Assembly (NCBI GenBank): GCA_051362555.1
Contig: CM120644.1
Location: 19,552,534 to 19,616,533, forward strand
Source of the DNA: Lingula anatina
Taxonomy: Eukaryota > Animalia > Brachiopoda
Reading direction: 5' to 3'
DNA: 64,000 nt
The position numbers were made by a program, and so were the translations under genes. Of the stretch, positions 1 through 13,250 are shown piece by piece. Every line of letters begins with the position of its first letter. Position 1 is the first letter of the stretch. Below the pieces are notes generated by a model. That model was given only the letters and a program-made list of their open reading frames with translations, had not been told where the DNA came from and did no database searches.

Positions 1-3000
1 GAAACCCATTGTAAGGAGTAATCTGCATCTGGCATTGGTAGTAAGGAGAAGTCTTGTATGGGTATATATTGTTTTCCAGATGACAGTTATAGGTAATTTG
101 CAACCTCCTACACAAACACCCTCTAAACATCAACAACCTCAATCATATTTGCTGTTTTCTTTCAGAGTAAATAATAAGTTGCAATATTGAAATATTTGTT
201 TTGGTTAATTCTCACTCTTGTGATAATCAATTTCTCATAAACTTGACACTTAAAAAAAAGACACAGGCAACCGATCAGCTTATCACAGATTTTTCTTGTT
301 GTGTAGCATTATTTGTACAGATTTCAGAAATATTGGACTAGATTTGACAAAATTATTAACGTTTAACGATTTTAAGTCCTGCAATTTCCCAGTCTTTTCA
401 ATGCAATTTTTAGTTTTCCCATATATATTGTTCTAAAAAACACTTTTCATTAGACACAGACAACTGATCAGCTTATCCCAGATTTTTATTGTTGTAAAGC
501 ATCATTTGTACAAATTTCAGAAATATTGGACCAGATTTGACAAAATTATGAATGTTTAACTATTTTAAGTCCTGCAATCTCCCAGTCTATTCAATGTAAT
601 TTTTAGTTTTCCGAAATATATTGTCCTAAAAAACACTTTTCATTAAATACAGACAACTGATCAGCTTATCACAGATTTTTATTGTTGTTAAGCATCATTT
701 GTACAAATTTCAGAAATATTGGACAAGATTTGACAAAATTATTAACGTTTAACTATTTTAAGTCCTGTGATTTCCCAGTCTATTCAATGTAATTTTTAGT
801 TTTCCGAAATATATTGTCCTAAAAACACTTTTCATTAGATACAGACAACTGATCAGCTTATCACAAATTTTTATAATTCTTTAGCATCATTTGTACAAAT
901 ATCAGAAATTTTGGTCTAGATTTGACAAAATTATTAACGTTTAACTATTTTAAGTCACTGAATTTGCCATTCTTTTCAATGTAATTTTCAGTTCTTTCAG
1001 TTATATTGTTCTTGTTTCAGAGTACCCTTACAGTGAAAAAGCAGGCAGTGAAACACCACCAAGAGCAGCACTATGTCTTATCCATGTGTACAATACATGA
1101 TATTTGGCAAGATTTAGGACATTGTCTAATATTGTGATAACAACAACCCCTTCCAGAAACCTATTGTAAGGAGTAATCTGCATCTGGCATTAGTAGTGAA
1201 GAGAAGTCTTGTATGGGTATATACTGTTTTCCAGATGACAGTTATAGGTAATTTGCAACTCCTACACAAACAACCTCAAAACATCAACAACCTCAATCAT
1301 ATTTGCTGTTTTCTTTCAGAGTAAATAATATGTTGCAATATTGAAATATTTGTTTTGGTTAATTCTCAATCTTGTGATGATCAATTTCCCATAAACTTGA
1401 CACTTAAAAAAAAGACACAGACAACTGATCAGCTCATCCCAGATTTTTATTGTTGTTAAGCATCATGTGTACAGATTTCAGAAATATTGGACAAGATTTG
1501 ACAAAATTATTAACATTTAAATATTTTAAGTCCTGTGATTTCCCAGTCTATTCAAGTAATTTTTAGTTTTCCGAAATATATTGTCCTAAAAACACTTTTC
1601 ATTAGATACAGACAACTGATCAGCTTATCACAAATTTTTATAATTCTTTAGCATCATTTGTACAAATATCAGAAATTTTGGTCTAGATTTGACAAAATTA
1701 TTAATGTTTAACTATTTTAAGTCACTGAATTTGCCATTCTTTTCAATGTAATTTTCAGTTCTTTCAGTTATATTGTTCTTGTTTCAGAGTACCCTTACAG
1801 TGAAAAAGCAGGCAGTGAAAGACCACCAAGAGCAGCACTATGTCTTATCCATGTGTACAATACATGATATTTGGCAAGATTTAGGACATTGTCTAATATT
1901 GTGATAACAACAACCCCTTCCAGAAACCTATTGTAAGGAGTAATCTGCATCTGGCATTAGTAGTGAAGAGAAGTCTTGTATGGGTATATACTGTTTTCCA
2001 GATGACAGTTATAGGTAATTTGCAACTCCTACACAAACAACCTCAAAACATCAACAACCTCAATCATATTTGCTGTTTTCTTTCAGAGTAAATAATATGT
2101 TGCAATATTGAAATATTTGTTTTGGTTAATTCTCAATCTTGTGATGATCAATTTCCCATAAACTTGACACTTAAAAAAAAGACACAGACAACTGATCAGC
2201 TCATCCCAGATTTTTATTGTTGTTAAGCATCATGTGTACAGATTTCAGAAATATTGGACAAGATTAGACAAAATTATTAACATTTAAATATTTTAAGTCC
2301 AGTGATTTCCCAGTCTATTCAAGTAATTTTTAGTTTTCCCAAATATCTTGTCCTAAAAATACTTTTCAGTAGATACAGTCAACTGATCAGCTTATCACAG
2401 ATTTTTATTGTTCTTAAGCATCATTTGTACAAATTACAGAATCATTGCACAAGATTTGACAGAATTATTAACGTTTAACTATTGTAAATCCTGCAATTTC
2501 CCAGTCTTTTCAATGTAATTTTTTTAGTTCTCCCAAATATATTGTCTTAAAAACACTTTTCATTAGATACAGACAACTGATCGGCTTATCACAGATTTTA
2601 TTGTTGTTAAGCATCATTTGTACAAATATCAGAAATTTTGGTACAAATTTGACAAAATTATTAACATTTAACTATTTTAAGTCACTGAATTTGCAATTAT
2701 TTTCAATGTAATTTTCAGTTCTTTCAGTTATATTGTTCTTTTTCCAGAGTACCCTTACCATGAAAAAGCAGGCAGTGAAAGACAGCACCAAGAGCAGCAC
2801 TATGTCTTATCCATGTGTACAATACATGATATTTGGCAAGATTTAGGACATTGTCAAATATTGTGATAACAACCCCTTCCAGAAACCTATTGTAAGGAGT
2901 AATCTGCATCTGGCATTGGTAGTAAGGATAAGTCTTGTATGGGTATATATTGTTTTCCAGATGGCAGTTAAAGGTAATTTGCAACCTTCTACACAAACAA

Positions 3001-4735
3001 CCTCAAATCATCAACAACCTCAATCACATTTGCTGTTTTCTTTCAGAATAAATAATACATTGCAATATTGAAATATTTAGACAGCTGATCAGCTTATGAC
3101 AGATTTTTATTATTGTTAAGCATCATTTGTACAAATTTCATAAACATTGGACAAGATTTGACAAAATTATTAATGTTTAACTATTTTAAGGCCTGCGATT
3201 TGCCAGTCTTTTCAATGTAATTTTCAGTTTTCCCAAATATATTGTCCAAAAAAACACTTTTCATTAAACATAGTCAACTGATAAGCTTCTCACAGTTTTT
3301 AATTGTTTTTAATTATCATTTTTACAAATTTCATAAACATTGGACAAGATTTGACAAAATTATTTATGTTTAACTATTTTAAGGCCTGCGATTTGCCAGT
3401 CTCTTCAATGTCATTTTCAGTTTTCCCAAATATATTGTCAAAAAAAACACTTTTCATTAAACATAGTCAACTGATCAGCTTATCACAGATTTTTATTGAT
3501 GTTAATTATCATTTGTTTAAATTTCATAAACAATGGGCAAGATGTGACAAAATTATTAATGTTTAACTATTATAAAGCCTGCGATTTGCCAGTCTTTTCA
3601 ATGCAATTTTTAGTTTTCCCAAATTTATTGTCCCAAAAAACGCTTTTCATTAGTCACACTCAACTGATCAGCTTATCACAGATTTTTATTGATGTTAATT
3701 ATCATTTGTACAAATTTCAGAAATATTGGACCAGATTGTACATAATTATTAGCGTTTAACTATTTTAAGTCCTGCGATTTCCCAGTCTCTTCAATATTAT
3801 TATTAGTTTTCCTAAATATATTTTCCAAAAAAAAAAAAAAAATACTTTTCATTATATACAGTCAACTGATCAGCTTATCACAGATTTTCATTGTTCTTAA
3901 GCATCATTTGTACAAATTTCAGAAATATTGGACCAGATTTTACATAATTATTAACATTTAACTATTTTAAGTCATTGAATTTGCCAGTCTTTTCAATGTA
4001 ATTTTCAGTTCTTTCAGTTATATTGTTCTTTTTCCAGAGTACCCTTACCATGAAAAAGCAGGCAGTGAAAGACAGCACCAAGAGCAGCACTATGTCTTAT
4101 CCATGTGTACAATACATGATATTTGGCAAGATTTAGGACTGTCAAATATTGTGATAAGAACAACCCCTCCCAGAAACCCATTGTAAGGAGTAATCTGCAT
4201 TTGGCATTGGTAGTAAGGAGAAGTCTTGTATGGGTATATACTGTTTTCCAGATGACAGTTATAGGTAATTTGCAACTCCTACACAAACAACCTCAAATCA
4301 TCACATTTGCTGTAAGTAATACATTGCAATATTGAAATATTTGTTTTGGTTAATTCTCACTCTTCTGATGATGAATTTCCTATAAACTCAACACTTAAAT
4401 CATCACATTTGCTGTTTTCTTTCAGAGTAAATAATACATTGCAATATTAAAATAATTGTTTTAGTTAATTCTCACTCCTCTGATGATCAATTTCCCATAA
4501 ACTTGAAACTTGAAAAAAGACACAGACAACTGATCAGTTTATCTGAGATGTTTATTGTTGTTAAGCATCGTTTGTACAAATTTCAGAAATATTGGCCAAG
4601 ATTTGACAAAATTATTAATGTTTAACCACTTTAAGTCATTGAATTTGCCAGTGTTTTCAATGTCATTTTCAGTTTTCCCAAATATATTGTCCCAAAAAAC
4701 ACTTTTCATGAAACATAGTCAACTGATCAGCTTCT
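1..4735. repeat. Complex tandem satellite: ~192-bp monomer interleaved with a ~380-bp block, giving higher-order units of ~767/960/1290 bp
   Basis: The monomer landmark ACTGATCAGCTTATC recurs at 463, 656 and 848 (192-193 bp spacing). The block starting AGTACCCTTAC recurs at 1021, 1788, 2748 and 4038, with a partial copy at 1-250. Confidence 0.95.
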
Positions 4736-6430
4736 TTATATTATATAAGCCCATCTCATAAAATCAAGTGCAAATTGCATTTGATGCTGTATTCAAATAG
4801 CATTCAGTAAGATATTTTTATTTCTGTTGCAGATATTAATCAATGTGAAGAGACTCCCAGGGTGTGCAGCCAGTGTGGGTATCAATGAACACTTCTTCAT
4901 CACTTCAGCAATTGCACCAAATGTATCTGGAGGTCAGTGCTCACTACAACATGGGAAAACATAAAGTTATGTTTCCATCTGATATGTTTCAAGAAAGCTG
5001 GAATTTCTTTTGACTTGCTTTGACTTGCACTAGCTGTCACAAATTAAAACAGAGGCAAAAGCTAAGTACAATTAGAGTCGTAAATTGTGCCATATTTTGT
5101 TTTGCATTATTAGTTTTCCTGTGCGGTCCATGTGTCATGAGTGTTCAAAACAGGAAGTTAAACCTGGAATTTTTTAGCGTGGGATTAAGTTTTGCTCTGC
5201 GTGTGTGAACAAGCAAGTGAATCTGATTTTTTACCAAAAATTTGAATTTAAAATATCCAGATTTTTCAGATGGCAGTGTGAATGGGGTACTAGTGTTCTC
5301 TACTTTATCAGATGCACTGATTCTAGGCATATCTAAGCAGAGTAGTTTGAATTCATCATTTATTTTTTTTTATCATTATTATTATTATTCTTTGGACAAG
5401 GCTATTTGCAATACTGATTTATTCCTCTCATTTTGTTTTTTGCCATAATAAAGATAAATGGAATTATGATCTAATTGCTTAAAAAAAAGAACTTAAAAAA
5501 TTCATAAAATAGATATTTATAATAATAATAAATTTTTAACGTTGCGATAAAAAAGTCAGTGACTTTTATCATGTTTGATATTAGCAGTTGATTTAAATTA
5601 CTAATTTAAATTATGTATGACATGCTAAGCATTTTATTCCAGATATATTTACTGGACAGACTGGGATCATATCCCTTACATTGCTGACTCCAGGGAATGG
5701 ACGTCACCAACTGGTCATCTATGATCACAGAGAATCTGGGCTAGCCTAATTCCTTGACCACTGACTATGTCACCAGGAAGATGTGGTGGGCTGATGCACA
5801 TCTGGATTACATTGAGTTAGTATCAGCTTTGAGTTATTGATTTTCTAGGAAAATGTGATGGAATACTCCCATTTTTTGCGATTGGAAAAATGTGGCTAAA
5901 CTATATTTGTTTACATATCCTTATGCCTTTCCTTTGTTTTGAAAAAATTTATCATATTTATAACATCTTCAGTTGGTGAATGTAACCAAATTTGGTATGT
6001 GGTATTGTCAAAGGTTATTACCTGCACCACAGCCAAGCAGGTCTGGAGGTTGTAAAGTTGATCTTTTAACAGAGACATGAACAATTCACTGCAGGTTCTG
6101 TAGTTTTTCTTGTTCCATTTCATATATATGGAATAACATGAAATCTAATAGGTACATACATACATTACATTTCAGGTATGCCAACCTTGATGACAGCAAC
6201 AGACAGTTGGTCATATCAGGAATCAGAACATCTGAAAAATACAACTCTTACAAAGGCCATTGAGCGTAATGTGTCTCCAACTGCTGATTGGAGGCCATAC
6301 AATGTCAAAGTCCGGAGACAACTAGGTCAGTTCTTATAAATTGTAAAGTTTGTAAGTGAACTAAATGTTCATTTGTAGTGGCTTTATATGGTACTGCTGA
6401 TGTGTGTTTTGTAGAATATTGTAAAACTGT

Positions 6431-7753
6431 AGGGCCTGGTTTCATCAAGGCTGGATAGGGCTATCCTATGGATAAAAATGGTCGCTATCCTCTGGATAGT
6501 GCTATCCACAGAATAGTGCGTTTCATCAACAGTGGATAGCGTGATCCAGGGAATAAATCAGCTTATCCAACAGAATAAAGTTGTCCACTCAAAATAGGTG
6601 GGATAAATCTGACACCATGCTGTTAAATCATCCAAAATGGTGAACCTGCTGGGTTTGGCAGTAAATCCTTTGAGGTTTCACAGACGTAGAATGATTAAAG
6701 AGAAAACTTTATACTGGTTGCTATAAACACTGTAAAAGCCATGATAGGTGCTAACAACAGAAGTGATCTATACCATATATTTGGGAAATAAATTACCCAC
6801 AATACCCCTGTGTTCTGGTGCCATCTGTCATCTGCTTTTCTATCTTGCAGGATGGAACCTGCTTCAACAAGCAAGAGGCAGAGAAAGGCAAACTGGACAC
6901 AAGCCAAAACATCACTTTTAATAGAATTATGCAAGAAACATGCAGTGATTACGAACAAACACACTTCCACCTTGGACAACAAGACCAAGGTGAGAGTGTG
7001 GAAGGCCATAGCAAATGAAATATCATCAGTTGCCATATCAACGAGAAGTTCAGCAGAGTGCCCTGATAACTGGAGGCACCTTGTTTTGTCGGTTAAGAAG
7101 TCTCACAGCGAAGGCCAGACACCTAACTGGAGGGGGTCCACCACCCCAGGGACTAAGTCCAACCAAAACCAGAATAGTTAACATATATGCTGGAACTCCA
7201 GCGTTTGACAGTTTGGTAGGAGGGATGGAGACAAGTGGTAAGGTTTCATTTTCTTTTACTAAGAAAAATATTAACTAAGTAACAGAAAATATTGTGAAGT
7301 ATCGTACATATACATAATATTTTCCATCTTGTATTTTCAATGGCCATTGAGCGTAATATGTCTCCAACTGCTGATTGCTGTTATTGCTGAATATGCCAAA
7401 TTTGTCTTTTTCTTTATCATATTTGTACATGAAAAATAAGGACAGTCATTATTTATGTTTAGATTGACTTTGGAGGAGGTGCTCACTCTTTGTCTGTACG
7501 TTTTCCAAGTGAACAGGCGAAGGTGTGCAGACCACAGGATGACTTTCATGCTATTGCCAGATTCCCAAGAGTGCTGGGGTGCCATCTGGTGTGGATGGCA
7601 CTATGATTGCCATTAAATCTCCTACGGCCAACGTTGAAAACTCCTACGTCTGTCGTAAAGGCTTTCATTACATCAATGTGCAGGCAATTTGCAATGCCTA
7701 GCTTATGTAAATACATCTTTTTGTTTTATCATTTATTTCTTACAGTATAAGGT

Positions 7754-7814
<61 letters not shown>

Positions 7815-8340
7815 ATGATTTTGTCAAGATGTAAACCCACCTAATTGAGTCATGTATAGCAATCACAACTACTGCAATTGTGTTGGTTGTTGGTTGCTGT
7901 GAATAAAAAAAAAAGATTTTGCAATTCTGTAAAAAAGTCTTCAACATTGAAAGAAGAAATCATTCAAATGCAATTCATAATTTTATTAGAACTAGAAATA
8001 TTTTTTTTTAGAAATAATATCTCTAGTACATCCTCCAAGTGCAGGGACATGAAAATTTAATTCTCATTCAGAGATAATTGTTTCATTTTCAAAAAAATAT
8101 TTTTTTTATTTTCATTTTGAAAATACAGAAAATAGTGACTTAAGTATGTATGTTATTGTAAAATATTAATTCGTTTTAATTAGGGTTTATATATTTTTAA
8201 TTTTTTAATTAATTTATTTTTTCAGATACAGTGGTATTGGCCAACATTTTGAGGGTATGGACACAGAGGATATTCCAGGATTCCTCCAGGGGGGATGCTG
8301 GCTATCCTCTGTGCCCATATCTGATGACACCAAAAACAAA
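6431..8340 (+). mobile_element. PIF/Harbinger transposon remnant: Myb/SANT DNA-binding gene plus DDE transposase fragments
   Basis: Starts AGGGCCTGGTTTCATCAA with GGATAG/CTATCC subterminal repeats. 6852-7100 encodes RQRKANWTQAKTSLLIEL...KVRVWKAIANEI...C.DNW (Myb/SANT-like). 7535-7700 encodes FHAIARFPRVLG..VDGTMIAIKSP...YVCRKGFHYINVQAIC. 8285-8335 encodes GDAGYPLCPYLMTP. Right TIR not found. Confidence 0.85.
7757..7812. repeat. (TA)n microsatellite
   Basis: Direct reading. Confidence 0.95.
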
Positions 8341-8986
8341 CCCTCTGACAGAGCCAGACATAACATACAACAGGGCTCATATCTCAACTTGAAACACCAT
8401 GTGTGTGATTTTCTCTTTTGAGACATGATACAGTTACTACTTTCTCTTTCTTGAGAAATGATACACAATCCATTGATTATTTAGCTTTTACCCAGTAATA
8501 ATAAAAAAAGAATCTTTCATTAATTTTTTTACTATTAAAAGAACAATATTTTTGTTCTAAATATAGCATGACAGCTGTACTAGGTCAATTTTTTGGGAGC
8601 TTTTACATAATAGATTTAATTTAATTTTCTATTGTATTTTTTAGCTGAGGAGACAGTAAAACCCACACCAAGTCAGGCATGTCCTTGCAAGAATGGTGTC
8701 AAATGTAAGCCAGATCCAGAAACTGGTGGGCTGGTGTGTTTGTGCTTGAATAGTAAGTATCTGGGTTAGAAAAACAATGACAAAATATTGAAAATGTTGT
8801 TGTAATTGAGATGAAAATGTGATTTGTGTCAATAATCACAAAGCGCGGCAAACACATGAAGACTTTAATAGGAAGAGAAAATATAGGCTGATGATTTTAC
8901 AAAATCAAAATTACAATCATGGAGTTCATGGAGTTGAGGAAAACCAGGGTTTGCTGTTGTAAACTACTTTGTATCTTGTAAAATCT

Positions 8987-9159
8987 CAGGCCTGTAGCCA
9001 TCAATTTCAAAAAGGTTTTGTTTTTCTGAAAAAGTGGGCCTTTTCCAATGAAACCTTTGTGTACCTAGATCAAATTTTACCCAGAATAGACTTTTTCCTG
9101 ACAAAAAGGATGCTTCTTTTGAACCCTTGAACCCCCCCCCCTCCCTGGCCACGGGCCTG
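8987..9159. mobile_element. Short MITE
   Basis: TIRs CAGGCCTGTAGCCA / TGGCCACGGGCCTG, flanked by a direct AATCT (8982-8986, 9160-9164). Confidence 0.7.
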
Positions 9160-11058
9160 AATCTACTCAAGTTTATGGGATGGTATTAAAGAAAAATGCA
9201 GCATAGCTTGCTTACATCTGAAATGGTGTAGTAATGTTTTTGTTTTTATTTTATTTAAGTCAATATTTTTGTCACACTGTATTAAAATTAATTTGATCAA
9301 ATTTCAGACTATTATGGGGAATACTGTGAAAAGGAGCCTTCAGCATTCACTGGAGCTGATGCAAGTTCACGAAAGTTGAAATGACCATAGAATCTTTTCT
9401 TAGATCCTTTTTGAGGTCAATTTGAAAAACTGTATTAACTTTAAATTTTAATTTTTTTGATTATCATATCTCACTTTAAAGAAAAATTTGTTAAGCCATC
9501 TAAATGATATCAAATGCATCTTAGAAAATAAGGTATTCAGTATCAAACTGTTTTTTCTTAAAGGCACATAAGGTATAATCATTGTAGCAATTATTAAAAG
9601 ATTCATTTAATATTTATTAGAAGTCCAGATATTAATGTTTTGGTAATGATATCAAAGGATTACCCCGCATATTAAAATAGTTGTTGCTATGATTTCAGTA
9701 TGAGCAAGGCCCTGCATTCCAGTGGTGGAGACAAGTTCAGACTGGGGCACCTGCAGGAGCGGTGGCTTTCCATGGAGGAAATGTTGTGGCCATCAGCATG
9801 CCAGACTTTGTATACGACAGCTCTGTGGCACAGAATGTGGTAAACATAGTCACTTATTGTATAGAAATGTAATCAGTAAAAGATTTGAGGGTTGAATTTG
9901 GATACTCAGTTGACAAAAAAGACAGAAGATTTGGAACTTTGAAATACTCATTATTTTGCATTTATAGTAGAAAATTGTGTTAAGCTTCATTTTTTTATTT
10001 TTATTTTTTATTTATTTATTTTTTGTTTATTTGTTTTTTACCAATTGCCCATGAAAGCATTTTATATTTATGCTTCGTAGCTGGAAGTTTTCTTTTTATT
10101 CATTGGTTTAAAATGCTCATCCTTTTTCTCATAGGATGCAATGGAACCAGAGTACAACAAAACAGAATTTTGAAGACCACAACAAACTGACCAATTTCTC
10201 CAACCCAATGTATGGCAATATGACAGGATTAGAACTTGTTAAACCTCCAAACAAAGGACATGACCAACCCCACTCACTCCAATGGGGTAGCAGACAACCA
10301 GTCATCAGAGATCACAGTCCATATACCACATAAATAACTCTGTTCTTCAGATAGAAAAACAATTACGACACTGATGTTTTAGTCACTAATAGTCTAGTGA
10401 GATTTTTGAAAAAAGGCTCTGCATAAGAGGCAAGGGGCATTTTGGGGTAAAAGTTGGGAACCAGGCTTATTAGCATAATTTTGGGATGCTGAATCCGATT
10501 TACCCGGTTCCCAAGCAAAATTTTGCGTTTTTAACGGTCTAATTTGCAAAAAAACAAAATGGCCGCCAGATTTCCTATTTTCTGCAATACCTCTGGAACT
10601 AGACAGGCAAATATGACAAATGAAGTGTCTTTACCTATATTTTCAGGGTCGAGGAACATTATTAAAATGTTTCTGTTAGAATTAGATTTACGCAATTTTC
10701 CTAAATATGCAAATTAGGATCGCCATTGCTGAAAAACTGTTTTACTTCTGTATCTCTGTAACTAGGCAAGCAAACATGACAAATGAAGTGTCTACACCTA
10801 TGTTCTCAGGGTCAGGGAATGTGATAAATCAGATTTCTTGTCTGATGGGTAGCACTGACTTTGTGAATCGTGTCCGAGTAGCACCTTTTATTGTTTCTTC
10901 CCTGTATCTGTCAAACACAAGTAAATCTGCTGATAGTTAGAACCTGCCTTCAGAACTGCTCTGACGTACGTGTCAGCCAAACTACCAAAGGTCACTGCAT
11001 TGTCAGGCTTTCCCAGTGAAACTGTCAGTGCTTGCCCATCAATTATAAGGCAAGGTGA

Positions 11059-11245
11059 GCAGAGGCGGATCCAGGATCATTTGAAGGGGGAGTCCGCGGA
11101 TGCAAAGCCCCCCCCCCCACTTGGCAACGGGTTAGGGGCCTGTTGAAGGGCCACACAAAATTTTTGTATTTAAGAGGGCGAATGGTGCCATTTGGTATGG
11201 TTTACAACTATGATTCAGCTAGTCAAAATTATAATTTCAAGGGGG
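11059..11245 (+). repeat. Dispersed G/C-run-rich non-autonomous repeat; inverted copy at ~16757-16958
   Basis: GCGGATCCAGG...GTATTTAAGAGGGCGAA.GGTGCCATTTGGTATGGTTTA..ACTATGATTCAGCTAGTCAAAATT matches the reverse complement of 16765-16955. Confidence 0.8.
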
Positions 11246-11439
11246 GACCAGAATTCGAAGGGGGGGAGGGGGGGGGAGGGGCCTGCATTACATAATATGT
11301 GGCAGTTTCTCTGAGCAGTCCTCTTTGGCTGGTTACAGAATGCGTATAAAAGGGCAGCAGTTCTGCAGAATAAGTCTATATATTTCGACAACGTCCAGTC
11401 AGAAGAGTTTGATATTTTGCAGACTCTTAGCTGACCTTA

Positions 11440-12330
11440 CGGTATGTGAACTAACGACAGCAACTTGCCACACTATTGTTGCATTATGCCAGAATGGACA
11501 GAAGCAAACTGCTATTGCCAGACAGCTGCATGTGTCCCAGGGAGCAGTTTCTAACGTCTTACAGAAACACGCCCAGACTGGTGCATTAACACAGAGACCA
11601 CGGCCAGGATGTCCTAAAGTCACCACCAGAAGGGAAGACCCCTTGCTTCTGTGGTTATGTCGCAACAACCGGACAAAGACAATTCTTGCTGAACAAAATG
11701 AGTGGCAAATTACCATTCAAAGAACTCTAGTGAATGCAAGCTAGCAACATGGTGGGCTAGACGCCATTTGCGGTTCCAGGCACAGCACTGGGTTCATGTA
11801 GATTTTAACAGATGAGGCAGGGTTTGAGTTCCACCACCGGCTGAATCAGAGTCAGTAGGTTTCCAGACGAGTTACTGCACGAGGATTGTGTCACACTACA
11901 GTGACTTGTGGCCGTGGCAGTATCTGTGTATGGGCCGGTTTCCACTCTGGAGCCAAAACACTATTGGTGGCAATTGACGGAAACCTCAACCAGATAAAAT
12001 ACAGGGACATTTAAGAGAATACTTGCTTGCAATTTGCAAGAAGGTACTTCCAGGACAACTTCATCCTGCAAGATGACAATGCCCGACCACACCATGCCCA
12101 TGCAATAACTGCTTTTCTGCAAAACCAAGAGGTAAACCAGTTGCCTTGGCTGACGAAATTCCCCTGACATGAATTCTATAGAAAACCTGTGGGCATAAAT
12201 CGCTAGCAGAATCAAGAGCTTACCCGTCCACCCTACAAATCGGCACAAGTTAAGGCAAGCTCTGACTAATGCGTGTAACACAATACTGGATCACACTCTC
12301 AGAAACCTCTCTGCATGGAATGATTGTGTC
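11440..12330 (+). mobile_element. Tc1-like transposase pseudogene nested in the long-TIR element
   Basis: HTH IVALCQNGQKQTAIARQLHVSQGAVSNVL...RPRPGCPKVTTRRED. DDE motifs TDEAGF, FILQDDNARPH and PDMNSIENLWA, with frameshifts. Confidence 0.85.
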
Positions 12331-12784
12331 ACAGCCTCTGGTTGAGGCTGCACGCATTGTTATCAGTTTCCATTTTTCACATTTGTATTGATGATTCTTT
12401 TGTGTGAGAGAAAATCCTTACCAACTGATATTATTGATAATATCGAGTTCATAAGAATTTAATACCTCGTTATCAGCTATAAAATTATCCATGCGCTGTT
12501 TATAACGCTGATTTGAATATTAAATTATAATTTAAATTATATTTTTGATTATGTATTCACACGGGTTGCCATATCGAACACGATAACAAGTGTTTTTTCA
12601 TCCATTACTAATATATGGGGAAAATTCAAAGAAAATATGTTTGAAAAAAATCCATTTTAAATGTGAAGTCTGTACATTGCATCACATGAATTACTTGATT
12701 CAGCAAATCCCACCATTGCATTAATAAGGTAATCTTTTTTAAATCTAGGTAAAAAGGGCAGTTGTGTGATCCAATATGTTTACA

Positions 12785-13250
12785 TAATAATAATAATAAT
12801 AATAAAACACTTCTTTAAAACCGCGCTACACATGCGTCTCAGCGCTGTTTACATAAAAAATATAACTCCACAGATAAATTAAAGCCAGTATAGACTAAAA
12901 ACAGAATACTTAAAAATTTTAAAAAACTAAAAAGATGCTATAAATTAAGTATTCTTTAAATAAAAAAGTTTTTAAATTCTTCTTAAAACAGTAATATGAG
13001 TCATCCAGAGACACATTAGATCTTGTGATAAAATTAGACCATAAAATCGGTGCACAAATCTCGAAACTTCTGTGTCCATATGTCTTAAGAGTCTTTTTAG
13101 TGTCTTTTCGCTTAAGTTGAAGTTGTCCACTCGAATCGAAGTGATCTGATAGGAGTTAAAAGTTCTATGGTAGAGTTTAAGTAAAATGGACAGTCGCCCT
13201 TTAAAATCTTAAAAGTCAAAAGTAACATCCCAATGGCAGTGCAGTATTTA
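12785..13250 (-). mobile_element. L2/CR1-clade LINE 3' end
   Basis: Minus strand reads LLLTFKIL...FYL...YGHRSFEICAPILW...FKKNLKTFLF, followed by a 3' stem region and a (TTA)n tail. Confidence 0.75.

Noticed and set aside
1-4735. CRISPR-like array or coding repeats (ORFs 2724-4761)
   Set aside because: Units are long tandem copies without unique spacers, the context is eukaryotic, and the ORFs are repeat translations
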